Positions 1 to 14,704 of a stretch of 64,000 nucleotides of DNA are shown one piece after another. Each line of letters begins with the position of its first letter. Position 1 is the stretch's first letter. The DNA lies in assembly GCA_904063045.1 (NCBI GenBank), contig CAJFCJ010000007.1:740819-804818 (forward strand), written 5' to 3'. The position numbers and the translations under genes were made by a program. The DNA comes from Dimorphilus gyrociliatus. Taxonomy: Eukaryota; Animalia; Annelida. The notes beneath the pieces were generated by a model, which was given only the letters and a program-made list of their open reading frames with translations, did not search any database and was not told the DNA's origin.

Positions 1-35
1 AATAAAAGTTACCAGTTTTTTTATAAACAGTATAC

Positions 36-752
36 CTAAACCCTTTTGTCCTTCGTTTTTAGCGTAATTAAAAGTGAAGTGGTAAAAATCTCTAAAATTG
101 TTCGGATCCTTTATGTCGTTTTCTAACGTAGAGCATCTGTTGCGTAACTTCTCTAGGGAATCACATCTGAAAATCCAGGAAATTCCGTGAAAACTTTCTC
201 AGAGAATAGCAGCAAATAAAATAAATACTGTAAGTGGTATAAGCCATCAACGAATTCCTCCCTTGTGAATTCGCACTGTTTACTGGCTTTTAATTTCCAT
301 GCTAGTATTAAAACAGTACGGGACTCAGGATTTAACTGTAAATCCCCCAGCAACCGAAGCATGCCTTCTGCGGTAATTTTTTGAGGATTATCCTCCCGAG
401 GATCTGCAAAAAATGTTCATAAACGTCGATCTAAATTCATGTCAAGAATCTCTTACCTTTGTATTTGCTAAATATACTTTCTATCTTTTTTTTATCTGAT
501 GTATTTTTATAATTCGTTTCTGCCTTATTATAACGCTCGGGAAACTGGAAAAAATTGTCCACAGCTAAATCCAATTTCCAATCATGAGCACTTAAGCAAG
601 TGATTGCGCTTTTTTCGTTAGACTGAGTGAAAGAGCAGAATTGCTTCACTTTTTCTTTTTGTGAGTTTCTTAATTTATGCTGAAAGTCATCGAAATAGAT
701 CAAATTTTCCAAACCCTTTGGAATCGTTATTTAGATGGAAAAATCTTACCAT
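36..752 (-). CDS. DCUN1D1: DCN1-like protein 1/2 (cullin neddylation E3), 5' part; gene continues past the left edge
   Basis: Exons 750-752 (ATG only, then GTAAG), 457-679, 229-403 and 36-166, all GT-AG. Translation MHKLRNSQKEKVKQFCSFTQSNEKSAITCLSAHDWKLDLAVDNFF...LAWKLKASKQCEFTREEF...FRDFYHFTFNYAKNEGQKGL matches the UBA-like and PONY domains of DCUN1D1/2. Confidence 0.93.
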
Positions 753-911
753 GTTCAGGAAGGTTCAGAAAGTAGAAAATCTCCTACGTCACATCCGGTA
801 TTAGGAAATCCTCGCTAATTCGTATAAAAATGTACAATTCTAAGGATTATTTATCTTTTATTTTGGCAAGTTATCTGTAAAAAGATTTTTTTTTTACTAA
901 AACAAGTTTCC

Positions 912-954
912 GGTCACGTGACCACATAGCGTCAATAAGTATTTTGGCGCCAAA
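912..954. promoter_or_regulatory. Bidirectional promoter elements: palindromic E-box GGTCACGTGACC (912-923) and palindromic double E2F site TTTGGCGCCAAA (943-954)
   Basis: Both perfect 12-bp palindromes lie in the 271 bp between the DCUN1D ATG (752) and the MCM7 ATG (1024). E2F control of MCM genes is well established. Confidence 0.7.
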
Positions 955-1023
955 GTACGGCAGCGAGTGAATATTCATTTTACCACCTAAAATCTAACGT
1001 TTAACGATTTGATTTTACAAGCA

Positions 1024-3864
<2,841 letters not shown>

Positions 3865-3976
3865 TCTTTTATTATTAGTACAAAGCATCTTTTAACTTGT
3901 GTTGAATAAAATTTTATTATGACCATCGAATGAAAATCGTTCTAAAAACCGATACACAAGCACACATTCTGCAGTT

Positions 3977-3990
3977 CTGCCATCTCCTGG
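3977..3990 (-). promoter_or_regulatory. CTCF-like site between the convergent MCM7 and MXD 3' ends
   Basis: Minus strand reads CCAGGAGATGGCAG, close to the CTCF core CCAGCAG[A/G]TGGC[A/G]. Motif match only. Confidence 0.45.
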
Positions 3991-4317
3991 TGGCGAGATT
4001 CATGAACAGACATATTCACTCGTCCGTTCTATTCTATCCAAACTGAGATCGACAATTTTTTCGGCTGCTTGGATTAAAACGGAACGAATGACTAGACGTC
4101 GAATAGCACAGTTTACGAATGTCTAGTCTATTAATATTCATATCTTCCTGTTAAACTATCACACATTTATATATACATTATAACATCGAATTTTGGAAAA
4201 TAACAAAAAAAAAGAAAACTTTTAATTATACCACTCGATAGGCCAGTGCCTATTTAATGAGGCAAAGGCAAATCGAGTTCAGTCTTTAACAGAGAAGTGT
4301 AGTGATGATTAATGACG

Positions 4318-6767
4318 CTAGATGGAACATTCGGACATTGGCAAACTGTCGGCAGAAACATTGCAACCACTGTCACTTCCGCTCTGCACACTGGAGTGGT
4401 CGTCACTGTCGTCACTTTGCCCAGAACTTCCGTAACCAATTACATCTACTTCGTCTATTTAATAGTTGATGACGTGTCGAATAGTAGTGAGAAGGGCAGA
4501 TTGAGTGAAAGGTTTAGATAAAAAAAGAAAAATATTAATACATATAACAACAATTATTAAAAAATACACAACAATGTTACTTTTCTGTCGAGCGCAACCG
4601 GCCGTGGAAATAATTTATTCATCTCGGGTCTAGGACAATATATTGAATTTTTTAAATTACCTGATTCGGATGAGGCAATGTATGACGAAGCCGACGAATT
4701 ATTCGAGCACTCTGAATAAGATCGAGACGGTCGAACGCGGTAAGAATAAGGATTCAAGCATTCCAAGCGCCGCCTGAGGTGGCGTTGTTCTCGATGCAGA
4801 CTTTGGAGCGTCTGCTGACGCTTTCGATCTACATCTTCCAATTGCTAAAAAGAAAGGGAAATTTGAAATATGCTATGCAATATTAATCTGATGTAAGCCT
4901 AAGCAATTACTGGGTTCGTCAAAGCGAAAAATCGTATAACTATTTGATTTCAAAAAACCCCACAATAACTTGGCAATGATCCAACGTTCATAAATTCCTC
5001 CACCAATCGGCGCACTCCTGCTGCCAGAGCCGCCCGCGGCCGTCGCAGCGGACAACCGATCTCTCACGGGTTGATTAGGTTAAAAATTTACAATAAATTG
5101 TACAAACCTTAATGTAATTCCGAGCCCTGGTTAATAATCCAAGGGTCGTATGGCGAGTAGCGTCTGGTCCAAGTGGAACCGCCGATTTCAAGTGTTCGAG
5201 GCAGTGACGCAGATGCGCGCGCCTATTCGTTTGGAAAGAACCAAATTGACAATTGTTATTCGTGGATATGAAAATAACTTTAAAAATGAACCGAATTCGG
5301 GAAAACACAGATGCCGCGTGTAAGCCTCACAATATTTATCAGAAATCAATAAATTTCGTAAGCTGTGACATCATAGGTCAAAAAAAAAGGATTGTAAAAA
5401 ACATGGTTATAACATATTAATGTATAATCTTATCACTTGGCCAATGCCATAAGTGCTTAATTGTTTACTTAAAAAATCGAATAAGCAGGTGAAATTCTAA
5501 ATCTCAACATCACGTATACTATGTGGACCAGGTGTCTGTGTTCCGTAAAGCGCAAACAAAGAAACATGGGTACTTCTTTGTTATATTTGATTCTACACGA
5601 CACTTACCGATTCTTCTCTAGCTCGTTGTGAGTCGATCTGTATTGGCAAAAAAATAGAAAACGAAATAATAACACTATATGAGAAAAATCAATAAAGCAC
5701 CATCTTTATAAAACGTTCTAGATAGGCATCAGCTGATTGCTACTACGTTTGTGCGCGCCCCCTTTGTAGAACGGCCTCTTGGCGAGGCGTTAACGAGCTC
5801 TAATTTAATTGCCGAATAGCAAGTTTGAACGGTTGTTACGTATTAATCATTCTGGGTCGTAAAGAAAAAAGATAGAGGAATGAAAAATAGGCGATTCATT
5901 TACGAACACGTACACACAGTTTTTTCAAGCGGCCATATTGAATAACTTATAGAAGCAGCAAACATTCTAATCCTAATATAAGATCATTTCGATTTATACG
6001 ACCATGATTCGTCTAAAAAATGATTTAATCAATTAAATAATACAATAGAGATTTGGGACGAGGTGGAATTTTTACGTTAGTAGTCCCGATCATGGCCTAA
6101 TCGATAAAATTTCTAATGACCGAGAGTCGATCGGTTGTTTACTGTGCCAGCGGTCGGTCGCCCTCTTGAATCTGGCCTACTGCAATACGAAAACACCACC
6201 GATCGAAGACTTGTTTACATTGCTAACGAGTTTGCCCGCGCGCAGGTAATCACATGATTCAAAATGGCCGCCTTCTTAATTTTTTGTGAAATTCTATCAT
6301 CGAAGCAATGTATTTCTGGAAGAGAATCGGATCGTTTGCGAGATCCATTTTATTTCTACTTCGAGAGCATACAAATAATGATTTATCTCGTCCTGACAAC
6401 GAGGCGAAACAGCAAACAATATCAGCTGATTAGAATATTTGGCTAGTTGCCAGTTCGTATCACACGTGAGTCCCAAGGATGCTTTTTGGGGATTCCGTTA
6501 GTGATAGAAAAATCAAAACAAACCTATTTCCCTGAAGTTTGCTCTTCGTCTTGCCACCCGGGTAACTATTCGTTCGGCGTCTATTCGTGTCGGGCGGTGC
6601 AGGCAATGAGCAAGCATAACCGTGTTCGGCTTCTATACGATCGAAAGCCACGTGTAAACCAGAAAGAAATATAGAAAAACAAAAACAAATCACGTACCAC
6701 GTTCTCTTCTGTCTAGATATTCAGCAGCTTGAAGGATCAGGGAGATGCTCATTGTTTTCGTAGACAT
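4318..6767 (-). CDS. MXD1: Max dimerization protein (Mad/Mxi1 family, bHLH-LZ with Sin3-interaction domain)
   Basis: Six exons (6698-6767, 6524-6632, 5608-5637, 5108-5222, 4661-4844, 4318-4454) total 645 nt in frame. [30 protein letters not shown]; basic region [23 protein letters not shown]; [11 protein letters not shown]; zipper [13 protein letters not shown]; acidic DEVDV tail. The symbol is family-level, since MXD1/MXI1/MXD3/MXD4 are vertebrate paralogs. Confidence 0.93.
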
Positions 6768-7509
6768 CGGTGTTTGCGATTCGACTCTCAGGCGAGAACT
6801 GCGCTCCGTATGATAGAGAATCTGTATGCGCGACGCCAACGGCCCCTAACGTTTGTTTACAATTCAAGAATAACGTTGCGCATGCGCTTCATTAATATTA
6901 ATTTAAGTGATACGCCCTGCTGAAAAGCTTGTTTATTTGCAAGTCTTTCATATAATAAAATAACGAAAACAAACTGAGGATCAAATTTATTCATTTTATG
7001 CTTCTATTCTAATATTTAAAATCTTACACGTGTTTTTTAACGCAGTATATTCTACATGCAAACCCAATGGCAGTAGGTTAGTAGGCAAATGTCCGGTAGG
7101 CCTACTGAATTCTCGAGAATTCTATCTAGCAATACTTACTGGCGTAATCGTTGTGTTTCGATGAATCAATAGCAAAGACACCAAGAAAAAAACACTAACT
7201 ATATAGACATGTCGGGGCTTGAATTCAAGGATTCTAATTAACATATTCAATCCTGATTGACCGGAAATTTTAATAAGTTGTGTAGACCTATTAATGAAAC
7301 TCCCGCATGTATAGGATTATTAACTAGAGCATATTTTCGCAAAAAAACTCTAAACATCTGTGAAAAAGTCTCAATTTCCCTATACTTAAACGTCAGCTAT
7401 AATTAAAAAAAATCAACGAATTGCTATAAGCTTGAAAAGGTGTTTTTATTTTTTACTATTATTCTTTTTGTTAAATACAACAACAAAAAAAGACTACGTT
7501 CCTTTTATA

Positions 7510-8460
7510 TTAGAAAGGCCAAACGCATTTTGCATTATTATCTACTCCCCAAACAAGTCCGTTTTCTCTTTCTTTGGGATTTCCCAAGCAGTGCGAAACG
7601 TACCGAATTCCATTGATTACACGATCCCGGTTCCTATGTTGATGTCCGTAAATGTGGACAACACTTTTTAATTTCCTAATTGCATCTTCTATCCTCCTAC
7701 AACCGGCGTATCGGGTAAAATTAAACGGAGTGGGTTTATAATCTGTATTCGGTTGTCTACCGTGCATTCTCCACAAATCTTCTTCGTTGGTTGTCATTCG
7801 TATTAGATCTCGTCGGGGTAAAAAGTGAGAAAACGAAATTACTGGCGCGTCGTCGTATGCCGCTTTCAAAGTTTTGTCATTCATCTTGTAAAAGAATTCT
7901 GACACGCTCCGGGCGTCCTTAAAATCCGGCCACTTTGTTAGGTGATTGTCCATCCACAGATGCTTATCATCGTCATCCCTTCTAGTCTTTGCACGAACGT
8001 AAAGACTATTTCTATTATCGTCTTCCGGTGTTGAATACCAAGAGTAAATTGGAACTATATTAACGTATTCATTTTCTGATAATTTTACTTTCTCCGGTTC
8101 AGTGGACACGTTACACATCTTACATATTTTCAAAACTCGTTCAAGTTTTTCTACTGAATTATTATAAGCACATTCCGACGATCTAATCCAAACATCGTGA
8201 TTTCCTGGAACGAAAAATACTTTCAAATACTTGTTAGCCAATATTTGGAGAACTTCTGTGAATATTTTTTGATTGTCAGTTACGTCGCCTGCTAAAATGA
8301 GATAGTCGTCTTTTTGTTCCGGCATATCTCTAACGAACTAAAACAAAAACAGTGTTTTTTTTAAGGATATATATTACGCATTTTACGATTGAATGCACCA
8401 AACCTGCAAATTTTCCGCATAGTCAACGTGGAGATCGGATATAGCATATATCTGTGCCAT
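7510..8460 (-). CDS. Calcineurin-like metallophosphoesterase, PptH-like (acyl-carrier-protein phosphodiesterase type)
   Basis: Exons 8404-8460 and 7510-8337. All five metallophosphoesterase motifs are present: SDLHVD, AGDVTD, PGNHDVW, FSHFLP and YGHQH. Spacing and flanks recall mycobacterial PptH from memory. Confidence 0.85.
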
Positions 8461-8812
8461 ATTGCGTCTGTTATTCAAAATTAAACCCCTCAACATGTGT
8501 TCTTTCCATATATATATTCACCATGTTGTTGTGCAATTCTAACAAGCAGATGGCAACCTTGCTGAAGTGATAACAAATGAACAAAACATTCTGCTAGTGC
8601 CATCTGTATTTTATTCGATATTACACCTTTATATTTTTTTACACAGTTAGCTGCGTCGCAGAAAACAGGGAGGAAAATTTCTTTGATGTAATTAAATCGA
8701 CTCAAGAGTGAGGCCGTTTGCCGTGACAACGTACCTGTGATAGGAACTTAGGAGATTGATAAGGGACAATGACCCAGTCTCATTTGTAATATGATTGCGA
8801 AGATAAAAAATT

Positions 8813-11800
8813 ATGTCATTAGTTGATCGAATACTTAAGGCTTTGGTGAGTGTATTTTCATTTTAAACGCCTATTCTTAAATTCGTAGTTACTCATTGAA
8901 GCCGATCAAACGGAAAGAGCGTCCAGAGACAAGAAATGTTTTTGTTGGAATAAAACCTGATGATGGGGCTGAAGAACAGCGTTTCCCATCCAACAGAATA
9001 GTATCCTCAAAAGTAAGTTTTTTTTTACAGTGTCTCACTTGTTCCACTTTCAAAGGTAAGAAGTGAGTCATTGCTTCTTTCTGCTTCGAAAGCAAATCAA
9101 TTACATAAAGAACTAAAGGATTATTTTTATTTTACTACTCAATTCTTTGTCTCTACAGTACACTATAATCAACTTCCTCCCAAAGAATCTCTTCGAGCAG
9201 TTTCAGAGAATCGCCAATATATATTTTTTGTGCGTATTGTTAGTGGAAGTAGGTGTCAGATATAAATTTAACAAAAAACAAAATTTACTGATATTTTTTT
9301 TTTATTTTCAGCTCATTATCGATTCTCCAGTTTCACCCATAACTAGTGGCTTACCTTTAGCATTTGTTGTCATTCTTACTGCTTTAAAGCAGGGCTATGA
9401 AGACTTTCTTCGGCACAAGGCGGATCGGGAAGTTAATAGAAGTCCTGCCTATGTTTTCAGGGATGGAAATTTCGTTAGAGTCGAATCTCATGAAATTGTG
9501 GTAAGATTTTATGAAATTTTCACTCATTTTGCTTTAGTATTAATTAATTTTTGATTAATTTAATTTTAGGTCGGAGATGTAGTAAAAGTACTCTCCAACG
9601 AAGGAATACCTTGTGATATGGTTATGATATCTTCTTCAAGCAACGATGGAGAATGTTTTATCACTACTGCAAATTTAGACGGCGAAACGAATTTAAAGGT
9701 ATAAAAATAAACATATTATCTTTTTTCATATAAACAGTATCAATTGCACATCATATTTATAGCATATAGATGTATATTTTTATTCAAGTATTCATTACAC
9801 TCATTAATGTGTTTTTTTTTAAAGATAAATATAAATATTACATTAACAGAAATTTAGAGCTCTACTTGAAACCAAGTCTTTTACAAATGACGAAACTTTG
9901 ACAAACTTAAAGATGAAAATTGAATGCGAACAACCAACTACAAATTTATATAAATTTATTGGCACTTTAAATATTTTCGATGGCGAAAGGAAAAAAGTAT
10001 CGTTATCATCTGAGAATGTCCTATTACGTGGATGTTGTTTAAAGAATACCGATTTTGTGATGGGTCAGTATACTATTAATGTTATTTGAATAACCTCACA
10101 AAATAAATATATGATAAAACAGGTTGCGCTATTTACACTGGACAGGAAACGAAAATGGGATTAAACTCTAGGAAATCAACAATAAAATTTTCGAGGATAG
10201 AAAAGACTATGAATCGTTTTTTAATTTTTTACCTTTGTCTTCTACTCTTTGAATCTGCTCTTTTGGTTGGTTTGAAACATAACTTTTTTTCCAACGACGA
10301 GAACAAAAATTTATGGTATATTGATAATGAAGACAGCCCGTCCGTTAGTATTTATTTAACTCGCAATAAGAATATCTAAATATAGATTTCTCTTTTATAT
10401 ATAGTTTAAAGTAATTGTGGAAGAACTTCTCGCCTTTATGATTTTATTAAATTATACCATACCGATTTCGATGTATGTTACAGTAGGTTAGTGGAAAATA
10501 TTGATTTTCTTAATGGGATCTATTATTATTACTCCTTAAATTATTTATATAATATAGAACTGCAAAAATTCTTTGGCTCTATGTTTTTCGAATGGGATCG
10601 CGAAATATACGATCCGAAGACAAACGAAGCCGCCAGAGCTATCACATCGGATTTAAATGAAGAATTAGGACAAGTGTGTCATCATTTCTTTATACCTCTT
10701 CATAGCGTTTTGTCGTAAATGTTTTTTATATTTTATAGATAGAATACTTGTTTACTGATAAGACGGGAACTCTAACTGAAAATAATATGAAATTTCGGCA
10801 ATGTTCAGTTAATGGCATTAAATTTGTGGATGTTTATGGCAAATTATGCAAAAAGGAAAAAAACATTCAACCCGATCCATTGAGATCATACGATGAAGTC
10901 ATTGATCTCTTGAAAGCCGTTGCCTTATGTCATACAGTTCGCGTGGAAAAAGTTGATAAACCCAATGGTGTTGTAAATAAAGGCTTTAGCCACGAAGAAG
11001 AGTGTATACCTATGTCAGTTTTGAATGATAGCGCTGATGAAGCGGATCATAATCATAATTTTCAAGCCAGTTCGCCTGATGAGAAGGCATTAGTGGAAGC
11101 TTGTAGGGACTATGGTGTTATTTTTCAAGGTACCGTTGACAATGTTATGAAATTAAAAATAGGAAAGACAGTGAAATTATATAAATTGATTCATACACTT
11201 GAGTTTGACCCCGTTCGCAAGCGTATGAGCGTAATGATACAGGACGAAAGAGGTGTGTAAACGAGATAAAATAATCTGATAAATTGTAATATATGCGTAT
11301 CTTGATTGTGTTTGTTCAGGCGATGCTACACTATATGTGAAAGGTGCAGACTCTCATATTGTTCCAAGATTAACAGGTGAAAAAGAAACAGTTTTTAGTT
11401 CTTGTTCAGATTATGCTAAGGTAATAATTAATTTACACCTAATGTATTTTAACTAGATTATTTCTAAATATTTGAAAATGTTTTGCTTTTCAGGACGGAC
11501 TAAGAACTTTAGTCATTGCCAAAAAAGAATTATCAAAAAGTGAATTTGAAAGAGATCATGAAATTTTAACAACGGCTCACAATTCAGTTGCAAATAGAGA
11601 TGAAAATGTTGCATTAGCTTATGATCAGGTAGAAAGAGATTTAACTCTTGTTGGAGTTACTGCGGTTGAAGATGAGCTACAAGAAGGGGTTCCAGAGACT
11701 CTTACCTCTTTAAGAACTGCGGGTATAAAAGTATGGGTATTAACAGGAGATAAAGAAGAAACAGCTGTAAATATTAGCTATTTTGCCGGCCATTTCGATA

Positions 11801-14656
11801 AGAATATGCAAGAAATGCGTTTAACAAATCGAATTTCCGAGGAGGATTGCGTAGAGTTTCTAAAACAAAATAAGAAAATGTAAGCATATTTTAAGTATAT
11901 TATTCTTTAATTTATCCAACATTTTCCTACAAGATTAACCGACAATGTACATGGTCAGTACGCCTTAATAATTGATGGCCACAGTTTGGCTATTGCTCAA
12001 AAATGCTGCAGAGAATTATTACAAGAAGTTTGTTTATTGGCTTCAACCGTACTCTGTTGTAGAATGTCTCCAATTCAAAAAGCTGACGTAAGTATTAGCT
12101 TTGTTTATAAAAATATCGTATACCCCTTTAGTAAGTATTGATAAGTGTATATAAATCTATATATAAAGGTTTTTATATACAATTTTTGTGTATACGTTGT
12201 ATAATCCTTTCTATTCTATATAAAAAAATTCAATATAAGAGGAAATATCGTTGCAAGAGGGGGAAAAACATAATATTAGTTAATTTATTATAAAATTTTC
12301 AGTTCATTTCTGTTTGTTAAGTACATAATCACTCAAGTAGGTATGGGCACAAACCACTGATTAATTTTATTATTTTTTAAATATAGAATTTATAATAATA
12401 ATAACAATAAATAATAATAAAATAGATAGCAATTAAAAATAATTACAAGTTTATGTTGTTGATCTTGGTAATGTTTTTTTTGTTTTACATCTATACTTAT
12501 AATTTATACTAGTTTGCATAAGTTATGTTATTTATTTGTTTTGTTTGTTCTTTTTTTTTAGATAATACTAATTAATACTTTGTTTTTTTTTATTTTAAAT
12601 AGTTTTAAGAATATAGCTTTTGAATGCTAGAATATAAAATATGAAGAACTGCACGTCTTCTTTTTTTTTGAGGCTGCTCTATTTTTAATTTACTCGTTAA
12701 TTTTTGTTTGTTCGATTTTTTTTTTGCATGTAGGCTGGAAAATATTACTTTTTTATTATTATTATTTATATTGGGAATTTATCATTTCTTTCCTCTTTAA
12801 TTTTATAGGTTGTAAAATTGATTAAAGAATCGAAGAGACATCCAACAACTGCTGCTATTGGAGATGGAGCTAATGATGTTTCTATGATTCAAGAAGCTCA
12901 CGTTGGAATTGGTAAGCTAGCTATAGTAGAAAATAAAAGAGATAATTAAATAAACAATATTATTTATTAGGTTTAATGGGAAAAGAAGGTAGGCAGGCTG
13001 TTAGGGCCAGTGACTACGCTTTTGGGAGATTTAAATTTCTTCGTAAGGCAATATTAGTTCATGGACATTACTTTTATGTTCGTTTGGCTATACTTGTTCA
13101 ATATTTCTTTTATAAAGTAAGATCATATGTTCTTATATATGAACTATTCATTGAACAGTTGTCTTATTTGAATTAGAATTTAGCATTTATCACTGCGAAT
13201 GTTTATTTCGCATTCTTCTCCGCCTATTCAGCTCAGTCCATTTACGACAGCTACTGTTTGATGTTATATAACATTACTTTTACATCGCTTCCAATTCTTT
13301 TGTATGGACTTTTCGAACAACACATTCCCCAAACAGTCCTAATGGATAAACCGCAATTATTCAAGTTAGTATCTCTCTAAGGAAAACGTGAAAAAGTCAA
13401 CTATAATCATTCTATCGTTTTTCATAAAACCATAGAGATATCCGGAAAAATGCGAGGCTTTCGTGGTTTGAGTTTGCCAAGTGGAATATATTAGGTTTAT
13501 GGCATTCAGTCGTTTCATATTTTGGCGTATATATACTAATGGTCTCTGGTAATTCTATAGAAACAGGCGGAAAGGTAATTATGCATAATTGTATAGGCGT
13601 TCATAAAATAAACGTGCAACTTTTTCTTTATTTAGCAATATGGCGTATTCGAGATGGGATCATTTATATATACAATATGTGTTATTACTGTTAATATAAA
13701 AGTAAGGACTTATTTTTATGCTAATGATTAGGCTAATGAGTATTATATTTAATATATTTTCCTTTTTATAGCTGATGCTTGAAACTTACTACTGGTGTAT
13801 ACCTACATGCATTGGATTCCTAGTCACGTTTATTGGTTACTTCGTTCTGACTACAATATATAGTGTGGCAAATTGGTAAGCTATTCTATCTATTAGTTTA
13901 TTACCTACTGTTTTAATCTAATGTTTTAATTTCCATCTTATCAGGCCAGCTCTGTTCACTCCAATATTTTATAGAAGTTTTACCAGAATGTGTGAAAATC
14001 ATATGTGGTGGCTTTCAATTTTAGGTTTGATTGTTACTTGCATAGTCCCAGATATTGTTCTGAGAGCAATTCAGGATGCAAAATTAGGATTTAAAAAGTC
14101 AATTTACAGAAGAACTTCCGGAAGGGTCAGTTAATTCTTTTAATTTATTTAAATTAAATGTTCTCATTAGAAGGCTCCGTTGCTTAGGTTTCATAATCAT
14201 ATTAGTATTAATATAACGTACATCGGCTAAAGAGATTTAACAATTGCTTATTAGCTAAATGCATACTAACGAGCATCGTTCGAATTTCAGGTATCCCAAT
14301 CATGCGATCGTAGGAATAATTTGAATGATAGAGACAACCTTGAAACAGTCTCTAAATCCGTTAACTATAATTCTCCTCTCGTTTAAAATAACTCTAGTGT
14401 GTATATTTGTTATTATTGCACAACTATTGTTTCCTAGTTTCATGTATAAAATGACATTTTTCCGAATTTTAAAGTAACAAAAATTTTGAAAATTCTTTAA
14501 CAAAATAGCTTTAAAAAATATTAAACAATCAATAAGAGCATTTAGATTAAGTAATTTACACTCTTCGACCAGTTTTTTTTTATTTCCAAACCTATGTATT
14601 AAGATTTATCAAAACAAAATTAACTTTTCGGGATTTAAAGGAATGTTTCTTTTATG

Positions 14657-14704
<48 letters not shown>

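Noticed and set aside
5937-5969. Plus-strand frame reading [10 protein letters not shown], resembling a Sin3-interaction domain
   Set aside because: It is on the wrong strand, contains a stop, and the real SID exon is at 6698-6767.
7096-7122. Polylinker-like run of StuI, EcoRI, XhoI and EcoRI sites suggesting vector contamination
   Set aside because: It is short, embedded in ordinary AT-rich flanks, and no other vector sequence is present.
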